Part shown: one piece after another, positions 8,849 to 18,128 of the stretch
How the letters are laid out: each line of letters begins with the position of its first letter
Position numbering within the stretch: the first letter of the stretch is position 1
Assembly: GCA_030699445.1 (NCBI GenBank)
Contig: JAUYMO010000020.1
Coordinates: 1 to 42,846 of the forward strand
Length of the DNA: 42,846 bases
Reading direction: 5' to 3'
Source: Candidatus Giovannonibacteria bacterium
GTDB taxonomy: Bacteria; Patescibacteriota; Minisyncoccia; UBA11713; 2-01-FULL-45-33
Made by a program: the position numbers and the translations under genes
Notes under the pieces: model-generated
What the model was told of the DNA's origin: nothing
Databases searched by the model: none
Seen by the model: only the letters and a program-made list of their open reading frames with translations

Positions 8849-8868
8849 CCCAAACCAGGTTTAGGTCA
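8811..8868. repeat. Palindrome cluster at the 3' end of the TrmH gene
   Basis: acttagacgt-cgg-acgtctaagt; partial repeat gagacgtctaa; tgacccaaac-cag-gtttaggtca. Confidence 0.8.
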
Positions 8869-8940
8869 GTTGAAATAGGTACTAATTTTTGGAAATAAAA
8901 AGGAACGATATCATTATCGTCCCGATTTCGTTAAGAATTT

Positions 8941-9138
8941 TTACTCGGTTACTAGGATAGTCAGCGACCCGGTTTTGCGGACAGCCTCCAGATGATCATC
9001 TATCCGAACCTTTCCTTTTTCGTTTGAAAGCGCAATGGTCTCGAGGATTCTTTGGTCTTCTGCAGAATCTGCAGTTAGTATGATTTTGTGGCTATACCAA
9101 AGATCCAATTTCTCTCCGACTGTTTGAATTGTTCTCAT
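8941..9138 (-). CDS. Small hypothetical protein (ORFan cassette)
   Basis: AGGAGGTG SD; TTGACA..TGCTAGACT promoter; downstream hairpin. Confidence 0.7.
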   Translation of the reverse strand: MRTIQTVGEKLDLWYSHKIILTADSAEDQRILETIALSNEKGKVRIDDHLEAVRKTGSLTILVTE

Positions 9139-9233
9139 TTTTCACCTCCTTTTTCGAGTCTAGCATATATAAAAGCATTGTCAAGCCCCAATCTTGGCTC
9201 TAAAAATTAGCACCGATTATAAAGGGGAGGTAA

Positions 9234-10169
9234 TTAATAACTTGTCTCCGTGATTAATTTTCCAAGCTGGCCAAAAAGCTGGATGTTTTCGTGCCGGTTG
9301 CCCCACATTTCGGCGTTTTTGCCGAGATAAATTCTCCATTCCGGCTGGTTGAAATCGGAATCGTTTTTATGGTCGGCCACGCACCCGGCGTAGCTCGCGT
9401 GCTGCGAAACGAATTCGGCGCAATCATTATTTATTCCGGTGTCGGCGTTGATAGTGGGCGAGACGCAGGAATTCAAGCTCTCAATATAATCTATGCACCT
9501 GTTATTTAAATTTCTCGGCAAAGCCAAGTCCGATATCCTCGGGCAGGAAAAAGACATTGATGGAGAAATATTTTTTCCTTGCGCCATATAACCGGAACAT
9601 TTGTTTATTTTAAAATTTTTACCCAAAGCACTTTCGCCCGTGGCTATAATCGCGCGCTCGCCGTATTTCAAAGAAATATTATTTCCATATTCATCTTTGC
9701 CGATGGTCGCCGAAGCCCTGTCCCTATTTTGGAGCGTGAGGCCCGAAATAACCGCGGTCTGCTTATTTTCATAATCAAAATTGTCCAGAGAAATATATTC
9801 TTGCGAAAAATCTCCGTAAGCAGCTCCGCCGGTGTTAACGCGAAGCGGATTTTTTAAAGGAGCGCTTGTTGCGGGCGCAGGCGGAGCCGGAGCGGGCTGC
9901 GCCGCGCTTTTAATTGGATTTTGTATTGTCGGAGGCGGCGTGGTTATGTTAGGCAAAGTGAAAAAAGAGCTGTTTGTGGATTGGTTTGTCGGCGCAGTTT
10001 CCGGCGCCGTGGGGGAGCCGGAAGTTCCGGCGGCGCCGTGCTCCGGAAATTGTCCCGGGGCTTGCGTTTGCGGGCTTTTGGTGAAAAGATTTAAGTTTTT
10101 TCTTTGAAAACTAAAAACTATGCCGATGATGATAAGCACGAATATCAGCCACATGACATCTTTATTCAT
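9234..10169 (-). CDS. Membrane-anchored hypothetical protein with Pro/Thr-rich linker and Cys-containing extracellular domain
   Basis: Start reassigned to MNKDVMWLIF at 10169; N-terminal TM, low-complexity linker, several Cys. Confidence 0.8.
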   Translation of the reverse strand: MNKDVMWLIFVLIIIGIVFSFQRKNLNLFTKSPQTQAPGQFPEHGAAGTSGSPTAPETAPTNQSTNSSFFTLPNITTPPPTIQNPIKSAAQPAPAPPAPATSAPLKNPLRVNTGGAAYGDFSQEYISLDNFDYENKQTAVISGLTLQNRDRASATIGKDEYGNNISLKYGERAIIATGESALGKNFKINKCSGYMAQGKNISPSMSFSCPRISDLALPRNLNNRCIDYIESLNSCVSPTINADTGINNDCAEFVSQHASYAGCVADHKNDSDFNQPEWRIYLGKNAEMWGNRHENIQLFGQLGKLITETSY

Positions 10170-10171
10170 AT

Positions 10172-10186
10172 TTGCTATAATAGCAA
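10172..10186. promoter_or_regulatory. Palindromic bidirectional extended -10 promoter
   Basis: ttgctat-a-atagcaa gives TGCTATAAT (+) and TGCTATTAT (-), each 7 nt from an ATG. Confidence 0.7.
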
Positions 10187-10188
10187 GT

Positions 10189-10350
10189 ATGGGAAAAGAA
10201 GGCGAGCTATTTCCGGTAATAGAAAAAAAGCCGCATGGCATAGAAAAGCTACGCGAATTGGAGAAGGAACTTGAAGCCAAAAAAAAGATAAGAGAACAAA
10301 AAGAGCGCCAAAAAAGAATAGACGAGATTTTAAAAAAAGATAAAAAATAA
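10189..10350 (+). CDS. Small charged hypothetical protein
   Basis: MGKEGELFP...; ATG 7 nt after TATAAT; ends 3 nt before the DoxX gene. Confidence 0.6.
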   Translation: MGKEGELFPVIEKKPHGIEKLRELEKELEAKKKIREQKERQKRIDEILKKDKK

Positions 10351-10353
10351 ATT

Positions 10354-10701
10354 ATGCTAAGCGTATTGCCTCAATTTTTAGATTATAGTTTCTACGCCCC
10401 CACAATTTTGAGGCTTGCCTTGGGGGCAGTTTTTTTAATTCACGGATACCCAAAACTTTTTGAAGCTCGACTGCGGCTCGCGGGTTTGCTGGAATTCATA
10501 GCCGGCGTTTTATTGGCCATCGGGCTTTTTACCCAAGCCGCCGCCTTGGTTCTGGCGGTTGAACTTTTAATTATAATTATTTGGTTTAAACGCGGGCAAA
10601 AATTCGTGGGCGGGTGGGAATTTGATTTTGTTTTACTTATTATGGCGCTCGCGCTTTTGGTTTTGGGCTCCGGCGCCTGGGCTTTTGATTTGCCTTTATA
10701 A
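10354..10701 (+). CDS. DoxX family membrane protein
   Basis: LRLALGAVFLIHGYPK, LEFIAG.LL.IGLFT, GGWEFD, GSGAWAFD. Confidence 0.92.
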   Translation: MLSVLPQFLDYSFYAPTILRLALGAVFLIHGYPKLFEARLRLAGLLEFIAGVLLAIGLFTQAAALVLAVELLIIIIWFKRGQKFVGGWEFDFVLLIMALALLVLGSGAWAFDLPL

Positions 10702-10702
10702 T

Positions 10703-11314
10703 ATGGACGCCGGAGACATTGTTTTTGATATTGAAACCCAGAAATCTTTTGATGAAGTTGGCGGACAAAGCCATTTTGATAAACTTGGCGTGTCCGTGGT
10801 CGGCGCGTATCTTTACGGGGCAGGCTTGCCCGGCCGACAGGCGGGAGAATATTTAACATACGAAGAGCACGAAATTCCGGCTTTTGAAAATCTGCTGAAA
10901 AAAGCCGGACGCGTGGTCGGTTTTAATATCCATCATTTTGACTTGGCGGTTTTACAGCCCTATATTTCCTGGAATTTAAAAAATCTGCCGACGCTGGATT
11001 TGATGGATGACGTAAAAAAATCGCTGGGCTTCCGGCTTCGTTTGGACAGCTTAGCGGACGCGACTTTGGGCGTCCGGAAAAGCGGGGACGGCCTGCAGGC
11101 CTTGAGATGGTATAAAGAAGGCAAAATGGATGAAATAAAAAAATATTGCCTGAAAGACGTGGAGATTACAAAAAATCTTTATGAATTTGGCAAAAAGAAC
11201 GGCCATGTGCTATTTTATTCAAGAGACACGGGCGGCAAGGTGGCGGTACCCGTGGCTTGGGAGAAGCCGGAAAAGCTAAACATGGAAAAAAATGTCCAAC
11301 TCAAAATTTTTTAA
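10703..11314 (+). CDS. RNase H-like/DEDD 3'-5' exonuclease (YprB-like)
   Basis: VFDIETQ, VGFNI..FD, YCLKDV; start reassigned to 10703. Confidence 0.88.
   Translation: MDAGDIVFDIETQKSFDEVGGQSHFDKLGVSVVGAYLYGAGLPGRQAGEYLTYEEHEIPAFENLLKKAGRVVGFNIHHFDLAVLQPYISWNLKNLPTLDLMDDVKKSLGFRLRLDSLADATLGVRKSGDGLQALRWYKEGKMDEIKKYCLKDVEITKNLYEFGKKNGHVLFYSRDTGGKVAVPVAWEKPEKLNMEKNVQLKIF
10825..10845 (+). repeat. 21-bp palindromic element (degenerate), in frame
   Basis: cttgcccggccgacaggcggg (LPGRQAG). Confidence 0.8.
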
Positions 11315-11774
11315 CATATTGGGCGCGGAATTAAACTTGGACGAAGTAGTCCAGGCGATTTACGATTTTGTTAAATTAAAACCGCAAAGAAAATATAAAA
11401 TAATTATCGGCTCGGATTCTTCAGCGAGAAACGAAGTGGCTTTAATTACCGCAATAACCATTTGGCGCGTTGGAAACGGCGGAATTCATTTTTGGACGAA
11501 ATCCGAAGTTATGAAATTCCACGGCTTGAGGGAAAGAATTTATAAAGAGGCAATCCAATCCATAACTTTGGCGCAGGAATTGCGCGGAAGATTAAAAGAC
11601 GCGCTGGGCGACGAATTTTTCTGGGACGACCAGATTCATATTGATGTCGGCGAGAACGGACCGACAAAAGAATTGATTGATACCGTCGTTGGAATGGCGA
11701 AAGGATACGGCTTTGATGTTCAAATAAAACCAAACGCCTTCGGCGCTTCGACTGTCGCGGATAGACATACTTAA
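11292..11774 (+). CDS. YkuK-family (DUF458) RNase H-like protein
   Basis: IIIGSDS, R.G.GG, ERIYKEA..S, IHIDVGENG.T, KPNAFGASTVADRHT. Confidence 0.9.
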   Translation: MSNSKFFNILGAELNLDEVVQAIYDFVKLKPQRKYKIIIGSDSSARNEVALITAITIWRVGNGGIHFWTKSEVMKFHGLRERIYKEAIQSITLAQELRGRLKDALGDEFFWDDQIHIDVGENGPTKELIDTVVGMAKGYGFDVQIKPNAFGASTVADRHT

Positions 11775-11779
11775 AATTC

Positions 11780-11851
11780 GTCTCCGTCGTCCAACGGATA
11801 GGACGCAAGCCTCCGAAGCTTGAAATCCGAGTTCGAATCTCGGCGGGGACA
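11780..11851 (+). tRNA. tRNA-Arg (CCG)
   Basis: Acceptor gtctccg/cggggac; anticodon arm caagc-ctCCGaa-gcttg; T-loop gttcgaatc. Confidence 0.95.
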
Positions 11852-11901
11852 CAGGTTCGATTTTTACCCGCCTTTGGCGCGGCCTGTCGAGGGCAAAAAA
11901 T

Positions 11902-12678
11902 ATGCCAGAACTTCCGGAAGTGGAGATTACAACAAGAAAATTGAAAACGCTTATTTTAGGAAAGCGGATTTTAAATTTTAATAGGAAAATTTTAAATATT
12001 GAGCGGAAAGGAAAGGCGATTTTGATTTATCTTTCCGGCGGGAAAATTTTGGGATTTCACCAGCGGATGAGCGGGAAGCTTTTGGTTGTAGGGCGCGCCC
12101 GCCTGTCGGACGGGCAGGGCCGGGATGATAAACACATAAGAAAAAGATTTAAACTTTCCGATGGGCGAGATTTAGTTTTTCACGACGTGCGCAAATTTGG
12201 TGTGATTTGGTATGGCACAGCCAAAAAAGTTTTGAAAGACAACTATTTTAAAACTTTGGGCGAAGACGCGCTAACCGCAGGGCTTCAAAGTATTAAGAAT
12301 ATTTTATTAAATCGGAAAGGAAAAATCAAAGCATTCTTATTAAATCAAAAAAATCTTGCTGGAATCGGCAATATTATGGCGGACGAAATTTTATGGAAAG
12401 CGAAAATCCATCCCGAACGAGAGATTAAAACACTTCGATATATCGAAGTAAAAAGATTATGGAAGGCGCTCAAATTTATTTTAAAAAAGAGCATCAAACT
12501 CGGTGGTTCAACGATGCGAGATTGGCTTCATCCGGGCGGGGAGAAAGGCGGATATTTCAAAAAAAGGTATGTTTATGGCAGAGAAGGCCAAAAATGCTTT
12601 CGCTGTCGCGCTAAAATCTCGCGAAAAAAAATCGCCGGCCGCTCCAGCTATTTCTGCCCGCGATGCCAAGTGCTATAA
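11902..12678 (+). CDS. mutM: Formamidopyrimidine-DNA glycosylase
   Basis: MPELPEVE, D.RKFG, GIGNIMADE, C-terminal zinc finger. Confidence 0.95.
   Translation: MPELPEVEITTRKLKTLILGKRILNFNRKILNIERKGKAILIYLSGGKILGFHQRMSGKLLVVGRARLSDGQGRDDKHIRKRFKLSDGRDLVFHDVRKFGVIWYGTAKKVLKDNYFKTLGEDALTAGLQSIKNILLNRKGKIKAFLLNQKNLAGIGNIMADEILWKAKIHPEREIKTLRYIEVKRLWKALKFILKKSIKLGGSTMRDWLHPGGEKGGYFKKRYVYGREGQKCFRCRAKISRKKIAGRSSYFCPRCQVL
12098..12118 (-). repeat. 21-bp palindromic element, in frame in mutM
   Basis: Reverse complement reads cctgcccgtccgacaggcggg. Confidence 0.8.
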
Positions 12679-12715
12679 TCCCAAAGGCGCACCCTTGGTC
12701 CAGCACTAAAATTTT

Positions 12716-12786
12716 CGGACTGTAGTATAGCGGTAGTACGCACCCTTGGGGTGGGTGTAGCCCGAGTTCGACTCTCGGCAGTCCGA
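12716..12786 (+). tRNA. tRNA-Pro (GGG)
   Basis: Acceptor cggactg/cagtccg; anticodon arm caccc-ttGGGgt-gggtg; T-loop gttcgactc. Confidence 0.95.
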
Positions 12787-12790
12787 TTTA

Positions 12791-12828
12791 AAATTCAAAA
12801 ATCCTCCCTAAGGAGGATTTTTGAATTT
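12791..12828. terminator. Bidirectional terminator
   Basis: 17-bp perfect stem aaattcaaaaatcctcc/ggaggatttttgaattt between convergent units. Confidence 0.8.
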
Positions 12829-12830
12829 GT

Positions 12831-13019
12831 TTAATCGTCTACGTCTTTGAGGCTACTCTGGATTTCTTTTCTTAACTCCGGAGTGTCTGCGTGGCCGTGG
12901 TCGGCTACCGCGTGTTTTATCGCAGTATCCAAAACTTCTTCCGCTGTGCCGGAGATGTAGAGAGAGCAATTTTTCTCGCTCGGCATCAATCTGCAATCCG
13001 CCGCTTTTCTATTTGCCAT
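12831..13019 (-). CDS. DUF1059-like small protein
   Basis: DCRLMPSEKNCSLYISG..EEV...A..HAV..HGH.DTPELR. Confidence 0.8.
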   Translation of the reverse strand: MANRKAADCRLMPSEKNCSLYISGTAEEVLDTAIKHAVADHGHADTPELRKEIQSSLKDVDD

Positions 13020-13043
13020 TTGATTAAAATTTTAAATTAATAA

Positions 13044-13265
13044 TTAACGCGACCTTTTTTTCACTGCCTTAATTTTTATTTTTAAATGTTTTCCGGCTTT
13101 CATGCACCTTGTGCAGATTTTTATTCTTCCGCCAGCGGGCAAGCGCGCCCATTGGAGGTTGGGATATTTTCGTGAGCGTTTTGTCGGATTATAATGACCG
13201 CGGAGAAGCCGGCGCGTTCCCATTATTACCGACCCTTTTTTACAAATTGGACATGCTTTTGCCAT
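13044..13265 (-). CDS. rpmB: 50S ribosomal protein L28
   Basis: MAKACPICKKG...PNLQ...KICTRCMK. Confidence 0.9.
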   Translation of the reverse strand: MAKACPICKKGSVIMGTRRLLRGHYNPTKRSRKYPNLQWARLPAGGRIKICTRCMKAGKHLKIKIKAVKKRSR

Positions 13266-13303
13266 AAAAAATTATTAAACTTTATGTTATCATAGATACA
13301 ACC

Positions 13304-13942
13304 ATGAATCAAGTTCTGCAATTTATTTTTCAAATCGCCATTTTAATGCTCTCCGTGATAATCCACGAGGTTTCTCATGGCGCGGTGGCTTACGCGCTGG
13401 GAGATTCTACTGCAAAAGATGAAGGCCGGCTCACGCTGAACCCCGTAAACCATCTTGACCCTTTCGGCTCTATTTTACTGCCAATGCTCACTTATTTGGC
13501 AGGAGGATTTATTTTCGGCTGGGCAAAACCCGTGCCTTACAATCCCTATAATTTAAAAAAACCGCGCTGGCTCGGAAAAATTTCGCCGGACGCTTTGGTC
13601 GGCGCGGCGGGCCCATTGAGCAATATTCTTTTGGCGGTTATTTTCGGATTTTTTATCAGGTTCGGCGGCGTTTATGCTTTTTTGCCGCCGGCTTTTTTCC
13701 AAATCGCTTCTTTCATTGTTTTTTTAAATTTGATTCTGGCGATTTTTAATCTGGTGCCGATTCCTCCTTTGGACGGTTCAAAAGTCCTTTTCGCGTTTCT
13801 GCCGGGCCGGACTTATGAAATCCAGCGCTTTATGGAAAGATACGGCATTATTTTGCTTTTGATATTTATTTTTCTTTTATCTGGCATTATAATTCCCATC
13901 GCGGATTTTCTCTTCAGCGCCATCACCGGCTTGGGGATTTGA
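13304..13942 (+). CDS. Site-2 protease (M50) family zinc metalloprotease
   Basis: [25 protein letters not shown]. Confidence 0.95.
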   Translation: MNQVLQFIFQIAILMLSVIIHEVSHGAVAYALGDSTAKDEGRLTLNPVNHLDPFGSILLPMLTYLAGGFIFGWAKPVPYNPYNLKKPRWLGKISPDALVGAAGPLSNILLAVIFGFFIRFGGVYAFLPPAFFQIASFIVFLNLILAIFNLVPIPPLDGSKVLFAFLPGRTYEIQRFMERYGIILLLIFIFLLSGIIIPIADFLFSAITGLGI

Positions 13943-13977
13943 CCGATGTTTATTTTTTTGTTAGCATAGTCCCTACA

Positions 13978-14394
13978 ATGCCGACCATTAATCAATTGGT
14001 AAAAAGAGGCCGAAAAAAAATTCAATATAAAGCCAAATCGGTTGCTTTGGCTAAAAGTTTTAACGCGCTCCAAAATAGGCCGAAATTTTATCCTTCGCCT
14101 TTCAAGCGCGGGGTATGTCTGGCGGTAAAAACAATGACGCCCAAAAAGCCGAACTCCGCTTTGCGGAAAGTCGCCCGTGTGCGCCTTACCAACGGCATGG
14201 AGGTTACCGCTTATATTCCGGGAGAGAAACATTCTTTGCAGGAGCACTCGGTTGTCGTAATCCGCGGAGGGCGCGTGAAGGATTTGCCCGGGGTGCAGTA
14301 CCATATTGTGCGCGGAGTTTTGGACACGACCGGCGTTGAGGGCAGAAAACAGCAAAGGTCAAAATACGGAGCGAAACGCCCCAAAATATCATGA
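13978..14394 (+). CDS. rpsL: 30S ribosomal protein S12
   Basis: [29 protein letters not shown]. Confidence 0.99.
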   Translation: MPTINQLVKRGRKKIQYKAKSVALAKSFNALQNRPKFYPSPFKRGVCLAVKTMTPKKPNSALRKVARVRLTNGMEVTAYIPGEKHSLQEHSVVVIRGGRVKDLPGVQYHIVRGVLDTTGVEGRKQQRSKYGAKRPKIS

Positions 14395-14861
14395 GGAGAA
14401 AAAAGAAAGAAAAACGCGAATTAGTTTTAGACGCGATTTATGAATCGTCTTTGGTTTCCAAATTGACGAACTATCTGATGTTTTCCGGGAAAAAATCCAC
14501 AGCCCAAAAAGTAATTTGGGGGGCTTTGGAAGAAATAAAAAAGGCAAAGAAAACGGACAATCCGGTGGCGGTTTTGGAAAGCGCGATGAAAAACATAACG
14601 CCGATGGTGGAAATCCGCCCGAGGCGCATCGGCGGAGCGACTTACCAGGTGCCCCGCGAAGTTCAGCCCGACCGCGGATTTTCTCTAGCTTCCAGATGGC
14701 TTATCGGCGCGGCGCGCGCCAAAAAAGGCAAGCCTATGGCGCAGAAACTTGCCGAGGAGATTTTACTTGCCACAAAAAATGAAGGCGCCGCCATCAAGAA
14801 AAAACTGGACACGCATAGAATGGCCGAAGCCAACCGCGCCTTCGCGCACTTCGCGTGGTAA
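14391..14861 (+). CDS. rpsG: 30S ribosomal protein S7
   Basis: [26 protein letters not shown]. Confidence 0.99.
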   Translation: MRRKKKEKRELVLDAIYESSLVSKLTNYLMFSGKKSTAQKVIWGALEEIKKAKKTDNPVAVLESAMKNITPMVEIRPRRIGGATYQVPREVQPDRGFSLASRWLIGAARAKKGKPMAQKLAEEILLATKNEGAAIKKKLDTHRMAEANRAFAHFAW

Positions 14862-14873
14862 TTTGAAAATTTT

Positions 14874-15281
14874 ATGGAAGGAGGCAAGGAGCAGTTAGAT
14901 AAAAAAGAAAAAACAAGAGAGGCAATTGACGATTTTCTGAATAATTATGGAGAATATCCGGATACTTGGCTTAGCGACGACGAGAAAGAAAATTACGGAG
15001 AAAAAGTCAAGGCCGAACCAAAAAGCGAGTTCGCTAAACGCGTTTACGAATGGAGCCACAATAAGTACTCCGTTACTTGGTGGATATTCCCGGCTTTAGT
15101 AAAAGTTGAGGAAGCCGTTTTTTTTGAAGCATTGATAAAAGACGAAGCAAAACAAAACGAGATAATACAAAAGTGGGAAGCTTTGCACAAGCGCGTTAAG
15201 GAAGAACAAGCGAATAAAATTTCTGAAGAAACTATAAAGCAAATTGAAGCCTTGCTTCGCGAAGTGAGAGAAGCTCTCTAG
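14874..15281 (+). CDS. Hypothetical acidic protein inserted in the str cluster
   Basis: 135-aa ORF filling the gap; no motif recognised. Confidence 0.7.
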   Translation: MEGGKEQLDKKEKTREAIDDFLNNYGEYPDTWLSDDEKENYGEKVKAEPKSEFAKRVYEWSHNKYSVTWWIFPALVKVEEAVFFEALIKDEAKQNEIIQKWEALHKRVKEEQANKISEETIKQIEALLREVREAL

Positions 15282-15325
15282 GCTTGCAGGTTTTTATTTT
15301 TTTAAGAATGTGCTAGAATGGCTAT

Positions 15326-15535
15326 ATGTCCACAATTACTATAGAAATTCCAAAAGAAGTCTTAAAACGCGCTAACGGCCGCAAGCTTTTGGTGGTTGAC
15401 CCAAAAGAATTTGAGAAAGAGTTGAGAAGAAGTTGGGAAACAGACGACGCGCTTAAAGCCAGCAGATTGGGGAGACGAGAACATGGGCTAGGCAAAACTA
15501 AAACTTTAAAAAGCCTGAGCCAGCTTATTAAATGA
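15326..15535 (+). CDS. Putative type II antitoxin
   Basis: Small gene overlapping (ATGA) a RelE-like toxin; C-terminal GKTKTLKSL. Confidence 0.7.
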   Translation: MSTITIEIPKEVLKRANGRKLLVVDPKEFEKELRRSWETDDALKASRLGRREHGLGKTKTLKSLSQLIK

Positions 15536-15810
15536 CGCTACGGAGGATTTCTAAAGTAGAATATGCTTCTCTTTTTGAGAAAAATTTTGAGAATTTGCCC
15601 GAACATATTAAAAAATTGGCGGCAAAAAAAGATAAGCTTTTTCAGCAAAACGCTTTTCATCCGTCTTTAGAAACCCATAAACTCGGCGGCAAACTAAAAA
15701 ACGACTGGGCTTATTCGGTAAATAGGGATTATCGAATTCATTTTTATTTTGTAAACGATAATACGGTAGTTTATTTAAACATCGGCACGCACGAGATTTA
15801 CAAGAAATAA
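15532..15810 (+). CDS. RelE/YafQ-family mRNA interferase toxin
   Basis: FHPSLETHKLGGKL, SVNRDYRIHF, IGTHEIY. Confidence 0.9.
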   Translation: MTLRRISKVEYASLFEKNFENLPEHIKKLAAKKDKLFQQNAFHPSLETHKLGGKLKNDWAYSVNRDYRIHFYFVNDNTVVYLNIGTHEIYKK

Positions 15811-15820
15811 ATAATTTTTT

Positions 15821-17923
15821 ATGGCGCGTGAATATCCATTGGAAAGAGTTCGCGATATCGGAATTATCGCCCACATAGACGCCGGTAAAACCACCGTTAG
15901 CGAACGGGTTCTTTTTTATACCGGAGTTTCGCATAAAATCGGCGAGGTGCACGAAGGCGAAGCGATTATGGACTGGATGGAACAGGAGCAGGAGCGCGGA
16001 ATTACCATTACCGCCGCCGCCACAACCTGTTTTTGGACTCCGTCTTATCTTCCGAAAGAAAAATCAAACGAGTACCGCATAAATATTATAGACACTCCGG
16101 GCCATGTTGATTTCACGGTGGAAGTGGAGAGGTCTTTGCGGGTTTTGGACGGAGGCGTGGTGGTTTTTGACGGCGTGGCCGGAGTTGAGCCGCAGTCGGA
16201 AACCGTCTGGCGCCAAGCTGATAAATATAATGTCCCAAGAATTTGTTTTATAAATAAACTGGACAGAATGGGTGCCTCCTTTGAAAATAGTTTCAAATCA
16301 ATTTTAGACCGCTTGACCCCGAACGCCGTGGCTTTAAATATTCCGGTGGGATTGGAAGCGGCGTTTTCCGGAGTGGTTGACCTTATGCGGATGAAATTTA
16401 TAAAATTTGAGGGAGAGCACGGCGAAAAAATGGTCGTAGAAGAAATTCCGGCGGAGCGCAAAAAAGAAGCCGAGGACTGGCGCCACAAGCTTGTTGAGAA
16501 AATCGCCGAGCAAGATGATGCTCTCACCGAAAAATATTTGGAGGGAAAAGAAATTTCACAGGAAGAACTAAAAAAAGTTTTGCGCAAGGCCTCCCTTTCC
16601 TACGCTTTGGTGCCGGTTTTTTGCGGTTCGGCTTTAAAAAATAAAGGAGTCCAGCTGATGCTGGACGGCGTGGTTGATTATCTGCCGAGCCCGCAGGACC
16701 TTCCTCCGGTAAAAGGCACGGACCCCAAAACCGGCGCGGAAATTTCCAGAGAATCCAAGGATGACGCTCCTTTGGCCGCTTTGGCTTTCAAGCTTCAGAC
16801 CGACCCATACGTCGGCCAGCTTACTTATTTCAGAGTTTATTCCGGCACGCTGTCTTCCGGCTCGTATGTTTTTAATTCCACAAAAAATGAAAAAGAAAGA
16901 GTCGGAAGAATTTTGCGGATGCACGCCAACCACAGGGAGGAAGCGAAAGAAATGCAGGCCGGTGAAATCGGCGCGATCGTCGGCCTTAAAAGCACCAAAA
17001 CCGGAGACACGCTTTGCGATCCGGAGAAGCCGATTATTTTAGAAAATATTATTTTTCCCGAGCCGGTGGTGTCTTTGCGGATTGAGCCCAAAACCAAAGC
17101 CGACCAGGAGCGCATGGGCTTGGCTTTGCACCGCCTTTCGGAAGAGGACCCGACTTTCAGAATCAAAGGAGACGAAGAAACAATGGAGACGATTATTTCA
17201 GGAATGGGCGAGCTCCATTTGGAAATTATCGTGGACAGGATGAAGCGCGAGTTTAAAGTCGGCGCGAATGTCGGTCGCCCGCAGGTTGCATACAAAGAAA
17301 CCATTAAAAAAACGGCGGAGGCCGAAGGAAAATACATCAAGCAGTCCGGCGGGCACGGGCAATATGGCCACGTCTGGTTGAGAGTTGAACCGCAGGAGCG
17401 CGGAAAAGGATTTGAATTTGAAAGCGAAATCAGAGGCGGAGTAATTCCGCAGGAATTTATTCCGGCTGTTGAAAAAGGGGTGAAAGAAGCGGTTGAAAAA
17501 GGAGTGGTAGCGGGGTTCCCCTTGGTAGATATAAAAGTCGCGCTCTATGACGGCTCTTACCACGATGTGGATTCTTCCGAATCCGCTTTTAAAATCGCGG
17601 GCTCCATCGCTTTGCAGGAAGCCGTGAAGCGCGCGAGCGCTGTGCTTTTAGAGCCGGTTATGAAAGTAGAAGTGGTGACGCCGGAACAATTTTTGGGGGA
17701 CGTGACCGGCGACCTTTCTTCCAAACGCGGAAAGATTGAAAAAATGTTTGAGCGCGGAACCGCGAAAGTCGTTGACGCTAAAGTCCCGCTTTCCGAAATG
17801 TTCGGATATGTCACAAAACTGCGGTCTATGACCGAAGGCCGCGCCTCCTACACAATGGAATTTGACCATTATGAGGAAGTTCCCGCCAACATCGCCGAGC
17901 TGATTAAAGAAGGAAAGAAATAA
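15821..17923 (+). CDS. fusA: Elongation factor G
   Basis: [33 protein letters not shown]. Confidence 0.99.
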   Translation: MAREYPLERVRDIGIIAHIDAGKTTVSERVLFYTGVSHKIGEVHEGEAIMDWMEQEQERGITITAAATTCFWTPSYLPKEKSNEYRINIIDTPGHVDFTVEVERSLRVLDGGVVVFDGVAGVEPQSETVWRQADKYNVPRICFINKLDRMGASFENSFKSILDRLTPNAVALNIPVGLEAAFSGVVDLMRMKFIKFEGEHGEKMVVEEIPAERKKEAEDWRHKLVEKIAEQDDALTEKYLEGKEISQEELKKVLRKASLSYALVPVFCGSALKNKGVQLMLDGVVDYLPSPQDLPPVKGTDPKTGAEISRESKDDAPLAALAFKLQTDPYVGQLTYFRVYSGTLSSGSYVFNSTKNEKERVGRILRMHANHREEAKEMQAGEIGAIVGLKSTKTGDTLCDPEKPIILENIIFPEPVVSLRIEPKTKADQERMGLALHRLSEEDPTFRIKGDEETMETIISGMGELHLEIIVDRMKREFKVGANVGRPQVAYKETIKKTAEAEGKYIKQSGGHGQYGHVWLRVEPQERGKGFEFESEIRGGVIPQEFIPAVEKGVKEAVEKGVVAGFPLVDIKVALYDGSYHDVDSSESAFKIAGSIALQEAVKRASAVLLEPVMKVEVVTPEQFLGDVTGDLSSKRGKIEKMFERGTAKVVDAKVPLSEMFGYVTKLRSMTEGRASYTMEFDHYEEVPANIAELIKEGKK

Positions 17924-18030
17924 TGGAAAACGAAAATATAGAAATAGAGAAAGAGGAAAAACTATTATCAGACGAATTGCTCGCCGAGGATTTGGATTCA
18001 GAGCCGTCGCTTGACGATTTGCCGGTGTAG
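17923..18030 (+). CDS. 35-aa acidic micropeptide coupled to fusA
   Basis: TAATG overlap; [35 protein letters not shown]. Confidence 0.45.
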   Translation: MENENIEIEKEEKLLSDELLAEDLDSEPSLDDLPV

Positions 18031-18128
18031 AAAATGGCGGGGTTGACAGGATTTCCGGCATCATATAACATACCCTTATACGCTAAATGGCGTTTTTTAT
18101 TAGCTTTTAGTATTAAATAAAACAATTT

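Noticed and set aside
11940-12010. mutM or pgk as pseudogenes because they look shortened
   Set aside because: Frames are intact and catalytic motifs are retained; compaction is common in reduced genomes.
13125-13150. LPAGGR in L28 as another 21-bp element
   Set aside because: The DNA lacks the CCTGCC..GGCAGG arms and the residues fit the normal L28 beta-turn with no extra length.
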